Positions 25,221 to 39,559 of a stretch of DNA of 64,000 nt are shown in pieces. Positions within the stretch are counted from its first letter, which is position 1; each line of letters begins with the position of its first letter. Both the position numbers and the translations under genes were made by a program. The notes beneath the pieces are model-generated. The model had not been told where the DNA came from, searched no databases, and was given only the letters and a program-made list of their open reading frames with translations. This stretch comes from Eledone cirrhosa (Eukaryota), in contig OZ024742.1 of NCBI GenBank assembly GCA_964016885.1, positions 200,136,001 through 200,200,000 of the forward strand, read 5' to 3'.

Positions 25221-25700
25221 GATATGATACGAATAATGTCTTCTAATTTAGGCACAAGGCCATCAAATTAGGGTAGAGAAAAACCAATTACTCTCTGGTT
25301 CCAAATAACAGGGGGTGAAATAAGTGGGGGTAGGGTTGAGGTTGGAATAGCGTATGACATTTCTAGTAATATACGTTTCGGTTATAAAGAAAAATATTTG
25401 CTGGAGATAGCTTAGCAAAATTTAATAAGCGGAGTGGGACGATTATTCGAGTCCCGAGAGTACATTAAACTCCCGTACTCGATTGATGTATTATTTTATC
25501 GACACGGGGAGGATAAATGGCAAAATTAACCTCTGTGAAGTTTGAACTCTGAAGGTAAAAGAGCTGTCACCAAATGTTGCAAATCGTTTCCGATTCTACC
25601 AGTCAACAGCCATATGATATATATAATGGAAATAAGATGCAGATGATATTAATATACTATAAAGAATACGATACAGATTATTATAACATTCTACTGATAA

Positions 25701-26579
25701 CACTATGTAACAAATATTTTACATTTTTTTGTCTTTGGTCAATAAGTGCTATTTCCTGCTTTCTTCTGCCTAGAAAGCACAAGAAAATATTATTATTCTC
25801 CTCTAACTTTGCTTTTGTGACTTGGACAGCCACTGGTTGATCTCCAAAAGGTATTGTTTCCATCACGTCACTTAAAATTGGGCATTATGCAACAGTTTGT
25901 CACAGCTCTAGATAAGGACTTCTTCCCTAAGCTGTTTGAGGCAAAAGTAAAAGCCAGTCACAAATAAGTAAGATTACGGAGTGCAAGGAATTTCCCAAGA
26001 AGGTCACTGAGACAGAGGAGGCAGCATGGAACAGCTTTCTTGCAGTGGTTCGGGGCTTATTGAAACCCTGGTGAAGAACTTTGGCAAAATGGGTTGCAGG
26101 ATGTCCCTCGAAGTACATATCCTTGATACTCATCTTGATAAATTCAAGTGGAACATGGGAGCATACCAGGAAGAACAAGGCGAGCGCTTCCACCAGGATA
26201 TACTTGACTTTGAACGTCACTACCAAGGATCACGTGATGAAAACATGGTGGGAGACTATATATGGGGGCTGATTCGTGAAAGCAATTTGCAGATTAAGCG
26301 TAAATCCCGAAAACCCACTTACTTTTAAGTTTTTTGTATAATCCTAGAATAGATAAATGCTACTTTTTGAATCATATGCCATTTTATTCCAATTTAGCTT
26401 GAACGGGAATTTTCACAGTTGGCAGTTTTCCCGATGGTATTAGATAAATCTAGAAATATCAATATCATGGCCATAAAAGCAAAGTTTTAAGGAAATATTA
26501 ACCATTTTCATGCTTTCTAGGCATAAGCAAATAGAAAATAATAGTTGCTACCCGAGGACCAAAATCGAGTGACACAGTG
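25701..26579 (+). mobile_element. Chapaev-type (CMC superfamily) DNA transposon, internally deleted
   Basis: ORF 26026-26328 reads MGCRMSLEVHILDTHLDKF...GAYQEEQGERFHQDI...YQG...MVGDYIWGLIRE. Imperfect TIRs of about 90 bp (CACTATGTAAC / GTGACACAGTG) share TGCCTAGAAAGCA. Flanks are TAA and TTA. Confidence 0.8.
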
Positions 26580-26594
26580 TTAAGATAATGATCT

Positions 26595-27070
26595 ATGGTT
26601 AGTGTATGGTAAGTTTGTTGGAGTAACGATCATGATGTCGTGGGTTCTGTTTATGGATTGAGTTGTGTGCTGTGTTCTTGAGCAAGACACTTCATTTCAC
26701 GTTACTCCAGTATACTCAATGAGTACCAGCAATAGCTGTGGGTTTAACGCTGCATTGGACAGGCGTCCTGTCCAGGTGAGTTTTGTAATTTCAGTCGCTT
26801 AGCGCCACGGAAACCTGGATAAGCACCGGTCAAATGAGCCTCCGGGCTCGAGACTATATATATATATATAGGTATAAAGTATATATATGTAATTGTTTCT
26901 ACTTTAGGCACAAGGCATCAATTTGAAGGGGCGGAGAAAGTCGTTCAAATCGACCCCGGTGCATTACTGGTGCTTTGTTTTATCGAGTGAACTCAGAACG
27001 TAAAGGACTGTAACTCTATGCTGCGAAGTATATTGTCCGATGCTCTACCGATACTGCCAGCCACCGCCCT
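26595..27070. mobile_element. SINE family 2 copy (+, 26595-26850) and SINE family 1 copy (-, 26890-27070)
   Basis: Family 2 core TGTGTTCTTGAGCAAGACACTT, and the family 1 sequence as at 13130-13350. Confidence 0.7.
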
Positions 27071-27071
27071 C

Positions 27072-27109
<38 letters not shown>

Positions 27110-27110
<1 letters not shown>

Positions 27111-28657
27111 TGTTTCTTTATTAGCCACAGGGGCACAAAAGAAGGGGACAAATACAGAGGAGGAAGTTTACATACAATAAAAACGTGTAAAATACTATCA
27201 CAAATGCAATTTAAAATTTAATCGATTTTCCCCAATAGGGGGAGACATTTCATATGGGTAACACATACCCCCGAAAAAATGTGCAACCCTCATCTCCAGG
27301 AGTACCAAGAGTTTGTACCCCTTTCCTCTCTTCCTCTTTTTCCTCAACCTACAGGCTGATATAGAGAGAAAGCCCATTCACTCGGGCCATTCTCGCCACT
27401 TTCACCCACCTTTCATAAAACTTGCTGGGGTACAGCACCTCTCTCCCCATCCTGATTCTTCTTCCAAAGTGGTATTTGAAAAAAAGAATCAGTTGTTGGC
27501 CGGAGAGAAAGGTGTCTGACCTCAGCCCTTTTAACCTCGTCCACCATACAACCTCTTTCGCCATAGCTATCACACAAAGGAAAACCGCCTCACCTTCGTT
27601 TTTGAAGGAGGGTGGCGGTTTGATCATGACAATGGACTCTGTGGTCAACCGGATTGGTCCCACCCGCGACAATAGTCGTTCTACATAGCCCCACAGGTCG
27701 GTAACGCCCGGGCAGTGTATGAATGCGTGCGCGATGGTTTCTTTGTCTCGCACGCATCTCGGACAGATCTTTTTCGAAGAGTCCCTGCCCGGGCGCCCAT
27801 GTCTGTAGAGCTTGTCTCGAATTGGTAGAGCTCCTCAGTAGTACTGCCAGGGCAGGGACTTTTGGAAGTTGTCCATTGGTCCCGGGCGGAAGGTCCTACC
27901 GAACAGACTGGCCAGTTCGTCTTCCTCTACGCCTAGAGTTTCTCCGAGCGCGTTGACACACTTGCTGCGGATCAACCCTCTATAGAATGACGAAGTGGAG
28001 TCTCCACTGATCGCCGGGTCAGCCTGCCAGAGGGCTGTGAGCGCCTGAGCACATTCAATGTGCCAGTCGCCCATTTTCCTCGGTCTTTGCTTGACCCAGT
28101 ACTGCAGCTCGGTCAGCGGGACGAGTCGGTTGTCCGGTGAGGAATACGTAGAGATGCCGCAGCCGGAGCGCGTATTTGCGCATCGTCAGCCACGGCATCC
28201 CCAGCACTCCGTTGGAAGGGTGTTGGCAGCAGATGGATCTTCTCACCAAAGGAGCCCGCTTCTTCCAAAGGAATTGGTAGAGCGCGTTTGGTGAGCGTTT
28301 TGGCTGGACAAGGCACGACGGTCAAGCGGTAGTAGATGACGGACGCTATAAAAGTGTTCGCCACCTCCGCTCGACCTTTCAAGGATAGTTTGCACTCGAC
28401 CGACTTCTGGGTGAGTGCAAACACCTTGGCCGCTATCTCGTTCCAGTTCTTCTCCACCTGGAGGTCCGGACCAAACCAGACCCCGAGCAGCTTTACCGGT
28501 CCTTCCGTCCAGCGTCCGACAACGCCATCAGAAGGCATCGGTTTTCCTCTCCACGATCCAATTTGCAAACCGATGAACTTGTCCCGGTTCAGCTTCGCTC
28601 CGGCGAACCTTTCGTATTTCTTCAGTAAGATGCCGACCTCCCCGATTTCCGAGCCGT
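27110..28657 (-). mobile_element. 5'-truncated L1/Tx1-type LINE, same family as 44835-48925
   Basis: ORFs 28113-28709, 27835-28074 and 27349-27753 closely match ORF2 segments 47350-48694 (GPVKLLGVWFG, ETIAHAFIHCP), followed by the 3' UTR. Confidence 0.9.
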
Positions 28658-29489
28658 GTAATACAAATGAATATATATATATACTTGTATCGGTGTTCAT
28701 CCCTCCCATATATTCATTTGTATTACAAGGCTCGGAAATATTCCCTTCTTTGAGCTATTTAATTGTAAAAGACTATTTCGAGTTTATAACTCAATATATG
28801 ATATTGTCGGCTCCATACGTAGAGCTAATTTTAGTCCCATAAAACCGGCTGCTATTTTTAGCGGCACGGCATGAGACATGTCCGTTCAAAAACACATATT
28901 TCTCAGTCTTCTTATGTATTTTGAAGTGAAAGGTACGAATTTCCTGGATACCCGCAGAAGAGTACAGGGATAGTGACTTTCACTTAATAATTGTTGCGAA
29001 ACAGATTTAGAATCTGTCCGGGTATCACGGCCATTGCCAATATAGGTTTGTTATTTTTATTGATTTATTACTTTAAATTAGTATTTTTCAACCTAGCTAA
29101 CTTGGTCATTTGCAATTCGAGCGGGCGTACCGAAGACGATAAATGGAATAGAATGAAACGAAATTTCATTTCTCACTCTTAGTACAGCAGTACTTAAATG
29201 TAAGTATGCATACGTACATACATATATGTATACAGACGTACAGTACTATGTATATATATATACATACATGCACACATATATATATGCACGTATCGGTTTA
29301 CAGAACATTTATTATAATGCTCGGTTTGTTTGTAAACAAACAAACAGTCCGAATTACGCCGTACAGTGTTTAGGCAACCACGTCACCTTTTTGTTCAATA
29401 CTGACACAGGAACGATGTACTAGTTTCAAGCTTATTAGCTATCGTCAACATCGTATACCTTCCTGCCAGATGGTTGAACGTCTGAAAGT

Positions 29490-29945
29490 ATATACTTTCC
29501 TTATGCATATTAACGGCTGAGCATCTCAATTTGCATATCGAGTGAGTTTAATCGGCCGGGCGCACCGAAAACGATAAATGGAATAGAATGAAACGAAATT
29601 TCATTTCTCACTCTTCGTACGGCAGTACTTAAATGTAAGTATGCATGTATGCATACGTACATATATGTATACAGACGTACAGTAGTATGTATATATATAT
29701 ACATACATGCACACATATATATATGCACGTATCGGTTTACCGAACATTTATTATAATGCTCGGTTTGTTTGTAAACAAACAAACAGCCCGAATTACGCCG
29801 TACAGTGTTTAGGCAACCACGTCACCTTTTTGTTCAACACTGACACAGGAACGATGTACTAGTTTCAAGCTTATTAGCTATCGTCAGCATCGATATGCAA
29901 ATTGGTCTTCTCCGCCGTTAATATGCATAAGGAAAGTATATACTC
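29490..29945. mobile_element. MITE-like element with 26-bp or longer TIRs; its interior is duplicated at about 29120-29455
   Basis: ATACTTTCCTTATGCATATTAACGGC ... GCCGTTAATATGCATAAGGAAAGTAT. 29120-29455 is about the same sequence as 29557-29893. Confidence 0.65.
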
Positions 29946-30484
29946 TCTCTCTATTTAATTAAAAGCAACAAGACAAAGGGAAATAAATAAACAAATAAAT
30001 AAAAAGGCAGAAAGAAAAACAGATGAAAGATCGGAAAAGAAAAAAAGAACGATGGGAAGTAACAAAAGAACAACGAAAGAATTAAAAGAAGAAGGAAAGC
30101 AAGAAAGGAAGCAAGAAGGGAATAAAAGGGAAATGAGAAAAAAAGAAAGAAAAAAGAAAGAAAGAAAAAATAAAGAAAATGGTAAGAAAACAAATAGAGA
30201 AAGTGACGAAAAGGCAAAAAAAAAAAATAAAACAGACGAAAATGAAGGAAAGGAGGGAAGGGGAAGGAGGATTGGGATGAACAGTGGATGTACAATAACA
30301 GTTGTAGTTAAAATCCTAAATAATCAGGAAGCATTCAGGTAGAGGTTTTCCTGCGAACCAAATATTTTTTCTAACCAGCTTTCATTTTCCCGCCCACAGT
30401 CAACGGCGATGCTATACTTGACTAACTTATACTGGACTAACTGTTTCGTTTGTCTAGTCCAATAGAAGGCGGTTACAGTTTCAT

Positions 30485-30672
30485 AATTGTTTCTACTTTA
30501 GGCACAAGGCCAGCAATTATCCAGTGCATTACTGGTACTTTATTTTATCGACCCCGTAAGGATGAAAGGCAAAGTCAACCTCGGCGGGATTTGAACTCAG
30601 ATCGTAAAGGGACGTAACTATGCTGGAAAGCATGGCGTCCGACCCTCTACCGATACTGCCAATCCACCGCCA
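30485..30672 (-). mobile_element. tRNA-derived SINE (family 1), near full length; other copies at 49452-49645 (+), 56800-56965 (+), 57120-57332 (-) and 57350-57570 (-)
   Basis: Minus strand reads GGCGGTGGATTGGCAGTATCGGTAGAG...CTGAGTTCAAATCCCGCC (A and B boxes) plus the conserved core. Confidence 0.8.
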
Positions 30673-30719
30673 ATCCACAGTTTCATAATGATGGTGGTTA
30701 ATGTATGTGGGTGTAAGAA

Positions 30720-31440
30720 GAGAGGTTAAAGTTTTATACTAGTGGATGAGCAAGGTGTTGGTATGATTTTATAGAGATGATTGGTTTGGTGAGTGGAGGG
30801 AAGTTACAGTTTTATAGAGATGATGGCATACGTGTGTGGATGGAGGCAAGTTACAGTTTTTAGAGATATATAGATATAATATGTTAAGTGTGTGTGTGTA
30901 TTATGGAAAGTTTTTAGTGATGAAGAGGTGCGTATATGGTGGAAGGTTACAGTTTACTAGAGTTGATGGGATAGATGTGTGTCTGTATATGTGTTTCTGA
31001 AAGGAAATTACAGTGTTAAAGAGATGATGAGGTATGTGTGGAGGGAAGTTAGAGCTGTATAGAGATAATGGGTTACATGTGTTTATACGAAGAGAGGTCA
31101 CAGTTTTATAGAGAAGATGGGTCAGATGTGTGTGTATGAAGGGGAGTTAGAGATGTATGAAGATGATGGATTAGGTGCGTTTATATGGAGAGAGTCGATA
31201 GATTTATTGGAATATGTTAGAGGTGTCTATATGGAGTGAGATGTATAGAGATGATGGGTTAGATGTGTTTATATAGATAGTTCATATTTATAAAGATGAT
31301 AGGTTAGGTGTGTGTGTGTATGGAAGGGTGTTTTATAGTGATGGTGGTGAGGTGTCTGTGTCTATGAAGGAAAATTACAGATGTATAAAGATGATAGGCT
31401 AGGTGTGTGTATTGAGGGAAGTTACACATTTATATACATG
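30720..31440. repeat. Degenerate minisatellite with a unit of about 55-60 bp
   Basis: Recurrent GGAAGTTACAGTTTTATAGAGATGATGGGTTAGATGTGTG-like units. Confidence 0.7.
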
Positions 31441-31556
31441 CAGGCAATCAATCATACACGCACCTGTTAAAAATTAACAGATTTAAAAGGTAAAAGATAA
31501 AAAAAAAATCATAATCACAGTCAAATACAATTATATATATATATAAATCAATAGAC

Positions 31557-31644
31557 GTGTCCGAGGAACCTGCGAGTCTAAAGTCAGGTCGATCCACATA
31601 CAGATCGCACCTGGAGCAGTTCGCCGGGGAAACAATTGTAACAC
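31557..31644 (+). ncRNA. Type I hammerhead ribozyme, U4C variant with extended stem II, in a roughly 145-bp element between (TA)n tracts
   Basis: GTGT-CCGAGGA-ACCTGCGA...(CAGGTCGATC/GATCGCACCTG hairpin)...TCGCCGGG-GAAA-CAATTG-TA/ACAC, then AATAAA. Confidence 0.72.
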
Positions 31645-31685
31645 AATAAATTGAGTTCCGATGCATCACTGATTTTTCGTTTTCC

Positions 31686-31763
<78 letters not shown>

Positions 31764-32058
31764 CCTCCCGCAGACTTATCTTCCTTCCCCCTCATGCTTG
31801 CCTATATCTGACCAGTAGTAGTTGCCTTCCTCTTTTAGCTGACATTAACCCTGGCTTCTCTTCTTCTTTCTTCCCCCTTCTTCTCTCTCCTTCCTTTCTT
31901 TCTTTCTTTTACCCTGTGTCATGGGATCGACGTTAACTTATGCTCCCATCCCTTTCTGTTTTCGTTCATCTGACCGGTAGTAGCATACTATAAAATTTAG
32001 CCACGTCACTCCAGGGCGACCGGCTGAGGTTGAAGGAACAGAATAGCGGTCGCCCTCG

Positions 32059-32463
32059 GGTCTCGATTTTCAGCCCCATGGATTTTACCTATTACATTCA
32101 CGTATTATATTTCGAATACCTGATGATATCACCGGATTCATACGGAACCCGGTCATTGAAATGATCATAGTATAATAAACCTTTCAAGGATTTACACAAA
32201 TCCAGCCTCCTGTCATTTCATTATAATATTTAACTCCGTAATAGCACCACCAACTACAAAAACCAAAGACGGTTGAACTGCTTTACGTTGAGTACTCTCT
32301 ATATTATTGCATTACGATTGACCATACGGAATAGACCAGCTCTATACAGTGGTGAACCTCAAACCTGAACTGATCAATAGCGAAACGCGCGTCACCAATC
32401 AATAAACGTAATGAAGGCTTAACAAATCGCCCTTGTATTGCTACAGTAACTTCACGTTACACT

Positions 32464-32543
<80 letters not shown>

Positions 32544-32700
32544 AGTGTAACGTGAAGTTACTGTAGCAATACAAGGGCGATTTGTTAAGCCTTCATTACG
32601 TTTATTGATTGGTGACGCGCGTTTCGCTATTGATCAGTTCAAGGTTCGATCTGTATCGATCTGGCCCGACTCTGGAATCAAAAGCTCGTTGGATGACTGC
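32059..32700. repeat. Composite pseudo-LTR element with a tail-to-tail inverted repeat around (TA)n
   Basis: 32059-32368 is the reverse complement of 10615-10925. 32364-32467 is inverted at 32541-32644. A decayed HHR lies at 32611-32692 (-), related to 49207-49289. Confidence 0.85.
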
Positions 32701-32771
32701 TGTTGTAATGACAGAATGAACATATAAAGCATAGCAATGTCTGTAACATTTCGCGTTCATATATATATATA

Positions 32772-32885
32772 GGCGCGTGGCTGAGTGGTTAGCGAATAGG
32801 ATTCATAATCTTGTGGTTGTGAATTAGATTCCCAGATGCGTTATGTCCTTGAGCAAGACACTTTATTTCACGTTGCTCCTTCTAC
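32772..32885 (+). mobile_element. tRNA-derived SINE (family 2); other copies at about 35185-35437 (-), 37545-37765 (-) and 55100-55230 (+)
   Basis: A-box GGCGCGTGGCTGAGTGGTTAG, a decayed B-box, and the core GTCCTTGAGCAAGACACTTTATTTCACGTTGCTCC. Confidence 0.7.
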
Positions 32886-32977
32886 TTGGAGTTGCGATCG
32901 ATGGATAGTATTAGCAATTGGAAAGACCAATGGAAATATTGTTTCCTCGGTCCGATTTGACGAAAATCAATCGACTC

Positions 32978-33017
<40 letters not shown>

Positions 33018-33069
33018 ACCTGTTGATCTGATCCAGACTAGTTTTGTCTGTATGGCATGGTGAGCCTGA

Positions 33070-34620
33070 CCCGCCAGACTGAGAAGATGTAATTTTGGTG
33101 ACGATTCACAAGGACAAAGGCTCCAAGTTCCAATGCAGTGATTATTGTGGTTTAAGTCTGCTCGAATCAGTAGAAAAAATTCTAATTGAAGGTCCTGCTG
33201 AATCGTCTAATAAAATGGATCTGCCCTTGGGCCACTCCTGAGACTCATTATGAATTCAGAGCTGGGTGGGGTGCTACGGACACGATATTCTCAGCCCACC
33301 AGCTTATGGAGAAGTGGTTGAGCAATGAGTGCCACTGTATTTGTGAACCTTACTAAAGCCTTCGATACTGTTAAACGTAGTTCTTTGTGGGTTATATTGG
33401 GGAAACTTGGATGCCCCCCTGAATTTGTTGGAATATTAAAAGAAACTACGTCAATATATGAAGGCAAAAGTCAACTTCAATGGGACACTTTCAGAGCCAA
33501 TTTCAAGAGAAAACGATGTCAAACAGGGCGACATACATGCACCCACTCTGTTCTCCATCTATTTCTCTGTGCTGCTGACAAATGCCTCCCAAGACTCCGA
33601 AATCAGTGTTTACTTGCGATTTAGAATCTCTGACAAAGTCTTTAATCTAAGATCATTTTAACACTAAATCCAAAACATTGACACTCTTTTCATGTAGTTT
33701 ATGTATGATGATGATGATGCAGATTTTGTGGCACGCACTGTAGAGGACATACAGTTGATATTGGACATCTTCTCTAATGCATGCACTGCGTCTGGGCTAA
33801 TTATTAGCATAAAAATAACAAAGGCCATGTACACTCCACCAGGTGGAGATGTGTATATGAAGCTAAACATTTTCGTGAAAGGAAAAAGACTAGAGGTGGT
33901 GGACAGCTTTGTGTATCTCGGAAGTACACTTAGTAGAGATGGTTCTCTCGATGCTGAAATAAATCATGAAATAAATCATTGCTGAAATAAATCGGAAAGC
34001 TTGAAAAGCGAGTCTGGTCAGATCGGGGTATCACAAGAAACACAAAGCTCTCTGTGTTTGAGGTCTGTATGCAGATGCGAAAAGTGAATAACTTATAGGC
34101 ATCATATCAGGCAGCTAGAAAGATTTCATCAGCATTGTATTCGACGCATCCTAAATATCAAGTGGTCCTCTTTCACACCTCAGGTTGTACTTGAGAAAGC
34201 GAGTAGCATCATTATTGAGTAGAGAATTATTATAAACCAAATGCGTTGGGTTGGTCTTGTGGTCAGAATGGAAGATAGAAGGTTGCCTAAACAATTATTT
34301 TATGGGGAGCTGACCAGATGAAAAAGGCCATCGCATAAATCAAATAAGCGGTTTTGAGATGTCATGAAAGACGATCCTAGATATCTGAAGATTGATAGAA
34401 AACTGGGAGACATTGGCTGAAGGGCGTACATCATGGAGAATGATCATCAAGTATGAATGTGATAACTTTGAGAAAAAGCGGGTGGAGCATACTGCTTTGA
34501 AGCGTTCACTCTGTAAGCGGGATCCAAGTTCAGTGCCTGCAAAACTCCAGTAGTAATTGAGGTGCAATATATGTTGCCGATTTCTTCTATCAAGAGATGG
34601 ATTTGTCAAATATTTGCCAC
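33070..34620 (+). mobile_element. Degenerate RTE (BovB-like) LINE, RT region and C-terminus
   Basis: FVNLTKAFDTV, ILGKLGCPPEF, VKQGDIHAPTLFSIYFS, MYDDD (YADD), LEVVDSFVYLGSTLSRDGSLDAEI and RMEDRRLPKQLFYGEL, with many frameshifts. Confidence 0.9.
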
Positions 34621-34787
34621 TTGTGAAATAGTTCTAGCATCATAAAAAACCTGTCGTATTGTCTTAATGTATAGAGAAATATGTGTTTAGTAGTTCAATG
34701 GTACAGACTGTTGAACACAACATTCGGTTTCGACAACGGCATGGTCTGTATGGTAACTATTCAATATTTTCTCTGCTTCCAAATAAA

Positions 34788-34884
34788 ATCCCGCTGAAGA
34801 CGGAATAATTCTTCCAATTTTAGTTGCTTTAAATTATTGAGATAATCAATATTGATTCTTGATTCCAGAAACTGCAGTTGGGGA
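34788..34884 (+). ncRNA. Candidate hammerhead ribozyme with a long stem II insertion
   Basis: ATCCCG-CTGAAGA-CGGAAT...ATTCCA-GAAA-CTGCAG-TT/GGGAT. Palindromic stem III ACTGCAGT. Stem I ATCCC/GGGAT is out of register by one nucleotide. Confidence 0.5.
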
Positions 34885-35577
34885 TATCATATAAGTGAAA
34901 CTGACTTAAATTTAGTTTGTCAAACTTATATCCCCACAGTCGAGATTTTTGGCTTAAGTTTAATATGTTTCATTGCTTCTTTTCATTGCGATAACTGACT
35001 ATATTAGAGACAAATCTTCATACTGCAGTATACTCTTCAGAAGGCTTACCACATAGCGAAATCGCTAGGTGACGCGGTCGTGTTTATACCTTCCTTTATA
35101 CCCACTCAGCTCTTTCCCATCCATAGATTACTATGATTTGTATCGGCACCTTATATATATATATGTATATATGTATGTATGTATAAAGACACCCTTCGGT
35201 CACAAATGACCATGGGATTTGCACCTAGAAAGATTCCCCTCCGGGGCACACCACCGATGTCCAAAGGAAAGACAAAGACCAATACAGCTTGGCACAGGTG
35301 ACATATCAATTCATTTCTAGGTTTTAATGAACTGAAGCATCATGAAATAAAGTGTCTTGCTCAAGAATACAACACATCGCTCATACAACCTCACGATTGT
35401 GAATCCGACGTCCTAACCACTCTGCCATACGCCTTCGCTGCTTTATTTGATATAATCAATCATGCCTACACGATCGATCTATCTCTTATTGAAACATGTG
35501 TCGTGATTAAAATGATTGGAAATTTATACCATGCCTTCGGATCTTTATTTTGATATATATATATATATATATATATA

Positions 35578-37504
<1,927 letters not shown>

Positions 37505-38269
37505 TTATATATATATATATATGTGTGTGTGTTTTATAGCTCACACCTATGCAAGTTTAGCTGACCTCCTCCAAGGTATATCTCGCTGGAGGTGTCTTGG
37601 GTAATTTAATGATAAGGACCCCAGTCCTATCATCTCATTTCTACAGCTGCGTAAACTGGAGCAACGTGAAATAAAGTGTCTTGCTCAAGGAAACAACACA
37701 TCACCCGGTACGAGATTTGAACTCACAACCTTTCGATTGCAAGCCCACTAAGCCATGCGCCTTCACATATGTTTTTCTTATACATACATTCATACATATA
37801 TGATGATGGCTGCCCCCTCGTTATCGAGTATGGCCATTGCACGATATACCATTATTAATAATTATTAATTAATTCTATCGTGCAATGCTTGTGCGTGAAG
37901 ATATTTTTTAAAAGTGAGGAAAGACTGTTGCACTGAGCCAATCCCACTCTCTGAGCGACAGTAGCTATAACCCGAAAAGAAGAAAAGATGAACATCATCG
38001 GTAACTACTGAGCCGCAGGTTTTATATCGGAGTTATCCCAGTTTCCTGAGTTGTCTTCTCCTAAATGAATGTCCTGACAAAGGCTAGGGGTCCTTCACTC
38101 CCAGTGGTTTAACCGGGCGGTACATGTCTATATACATATTTACACAATTTCGGATGACTCTTATGAGTTCTTCCGCCGTTTCTTATACATACATATATAT
38201 ATATATATACACACGCACGCACCAATGTGTATGTCTTTCTCTCTCGCTCTCTCTCTCTCTCTCTCTATC

Positions 38270-38313
<44 letters not shown>

Positions 38314-38314
38314 C

Positions 38315-38371
<57 letters not shown>

Positions 38372-38515
38372 CTTTATGATATAGAATGCCGTTAGCTTCT
38401 TGCTAACCTACAATCTCTAACCTCTCACTCCTCTCATTCTCTATACTCTATATATCATATATATATATATATTTATTTTTTTTTATTAACTAGAGGTCTA
38501 TCAACTATATCTATA

Positions 38516-38689
38516 CCGAGGGCAATCCCAAAGTAAGGTCTCCTCCGATATTGTAACTTTTCCGTTAAAATATCGTGGATGGTTCTTCGAGAAACCTCAG
38601 GAACCAAAATGCAGAGAGCATCCAGAGTGGTCCGCCGATCTTTACGCATGTTTCCCTCGGAAGAAGATCTTACTTTTGGGATTGCCCTC
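38516..38689. mobile_element. Tc1/mariner-type MITE
   Basis: TIRs GAGGGCAATCCCAAAGTAAGGTCT and AGATCTTACTTTTGGGATTGCCCTC, flanked by TA on both sides. Confidence 0.75.
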
Positions 38690-38858
38690 TATATAATAAC
38701 TGCGTGAAATTCGCACTTGGGCGGAAGCGTCAACGGGAGCTCCATTCTCAATGGCTGCCAAGCCAAGATTGAGCATCCCAGCGAAGCGCGCACATGCTTG
38801 TTTGGGAGTGAAGGAAGCACCAATCACAACATTGTTGCCAACAGCCGTATGAACAGTT

Positions 38859-39058
38859 NNNNNNNNNNNNNNNNNNNNNNNNNNNNNNNNNNNNNNNNNN
38901 NNNNNNNNNNNNNNNNNNNNNNNNNNNNNNNNNNNNNNNNNNNNNNNNNNNNNNNNNNNNNNNNNNNNNNNNNNNNNNNNNNNNNNNNNNNNNNNNNNNN
39001 NNNNNNNNNNNNNNNNNNNNNNNNNNNNNNNNNNNNNNNNNNNNNNNNNNNNNNNNNN
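38859..39058. other. Assembly gap (200 N)
   Basis: Run of N. Confidence 1.
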
Positions 39059-39255
39059 GGGTTAATATTCATTAATTAATGTTAAATAATGTCTTGTTAC
39101 TTTGTAGTTACGCCTGTTTATCACAGGTTGACTGGTGACCCTGTGATAAACAGGTGAAACTCCAGAGAAACAAGATTCATTATTTAACTATTTAGCCTTA
39201 ATAAATGTATATACATCTCTCTCTCTCTGTATATATATATATATATACATAAGAC

Positions 39256-39368
<113 letters not shown>

Positions 39369-39559
39369 GAGAGAGAGGTCTTATGTTAGGTCGCTCTTCA
39401 GCGCTACTCGTAACATGTAACCCAGTACAGCTTGCGCATGGTCCGATAATTTACGACTAAACCGGCAACTCCACCAGGCTTGATGAAAAACTAGACTCGT
39501 CAAAGGGCGAAGGAACTCAGAAATGTCACCAGCCATCCGGGGGCGGCGTTTGGGAGCAA

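Noticed and set aside
29951-30342. Lys/Glu-rich and Phe-rich ORFs
   Set aside because: Purine-rich low-complexity tract.
39082-39188. Imperfect hairpin beside the assembly gap (CCTGTTTATCACAGG / CCTGTGATAAACAGG)
   Set aside because: It resembles the other fold-backs but has no convincing ribozyme core, and the gap limits interpretation.
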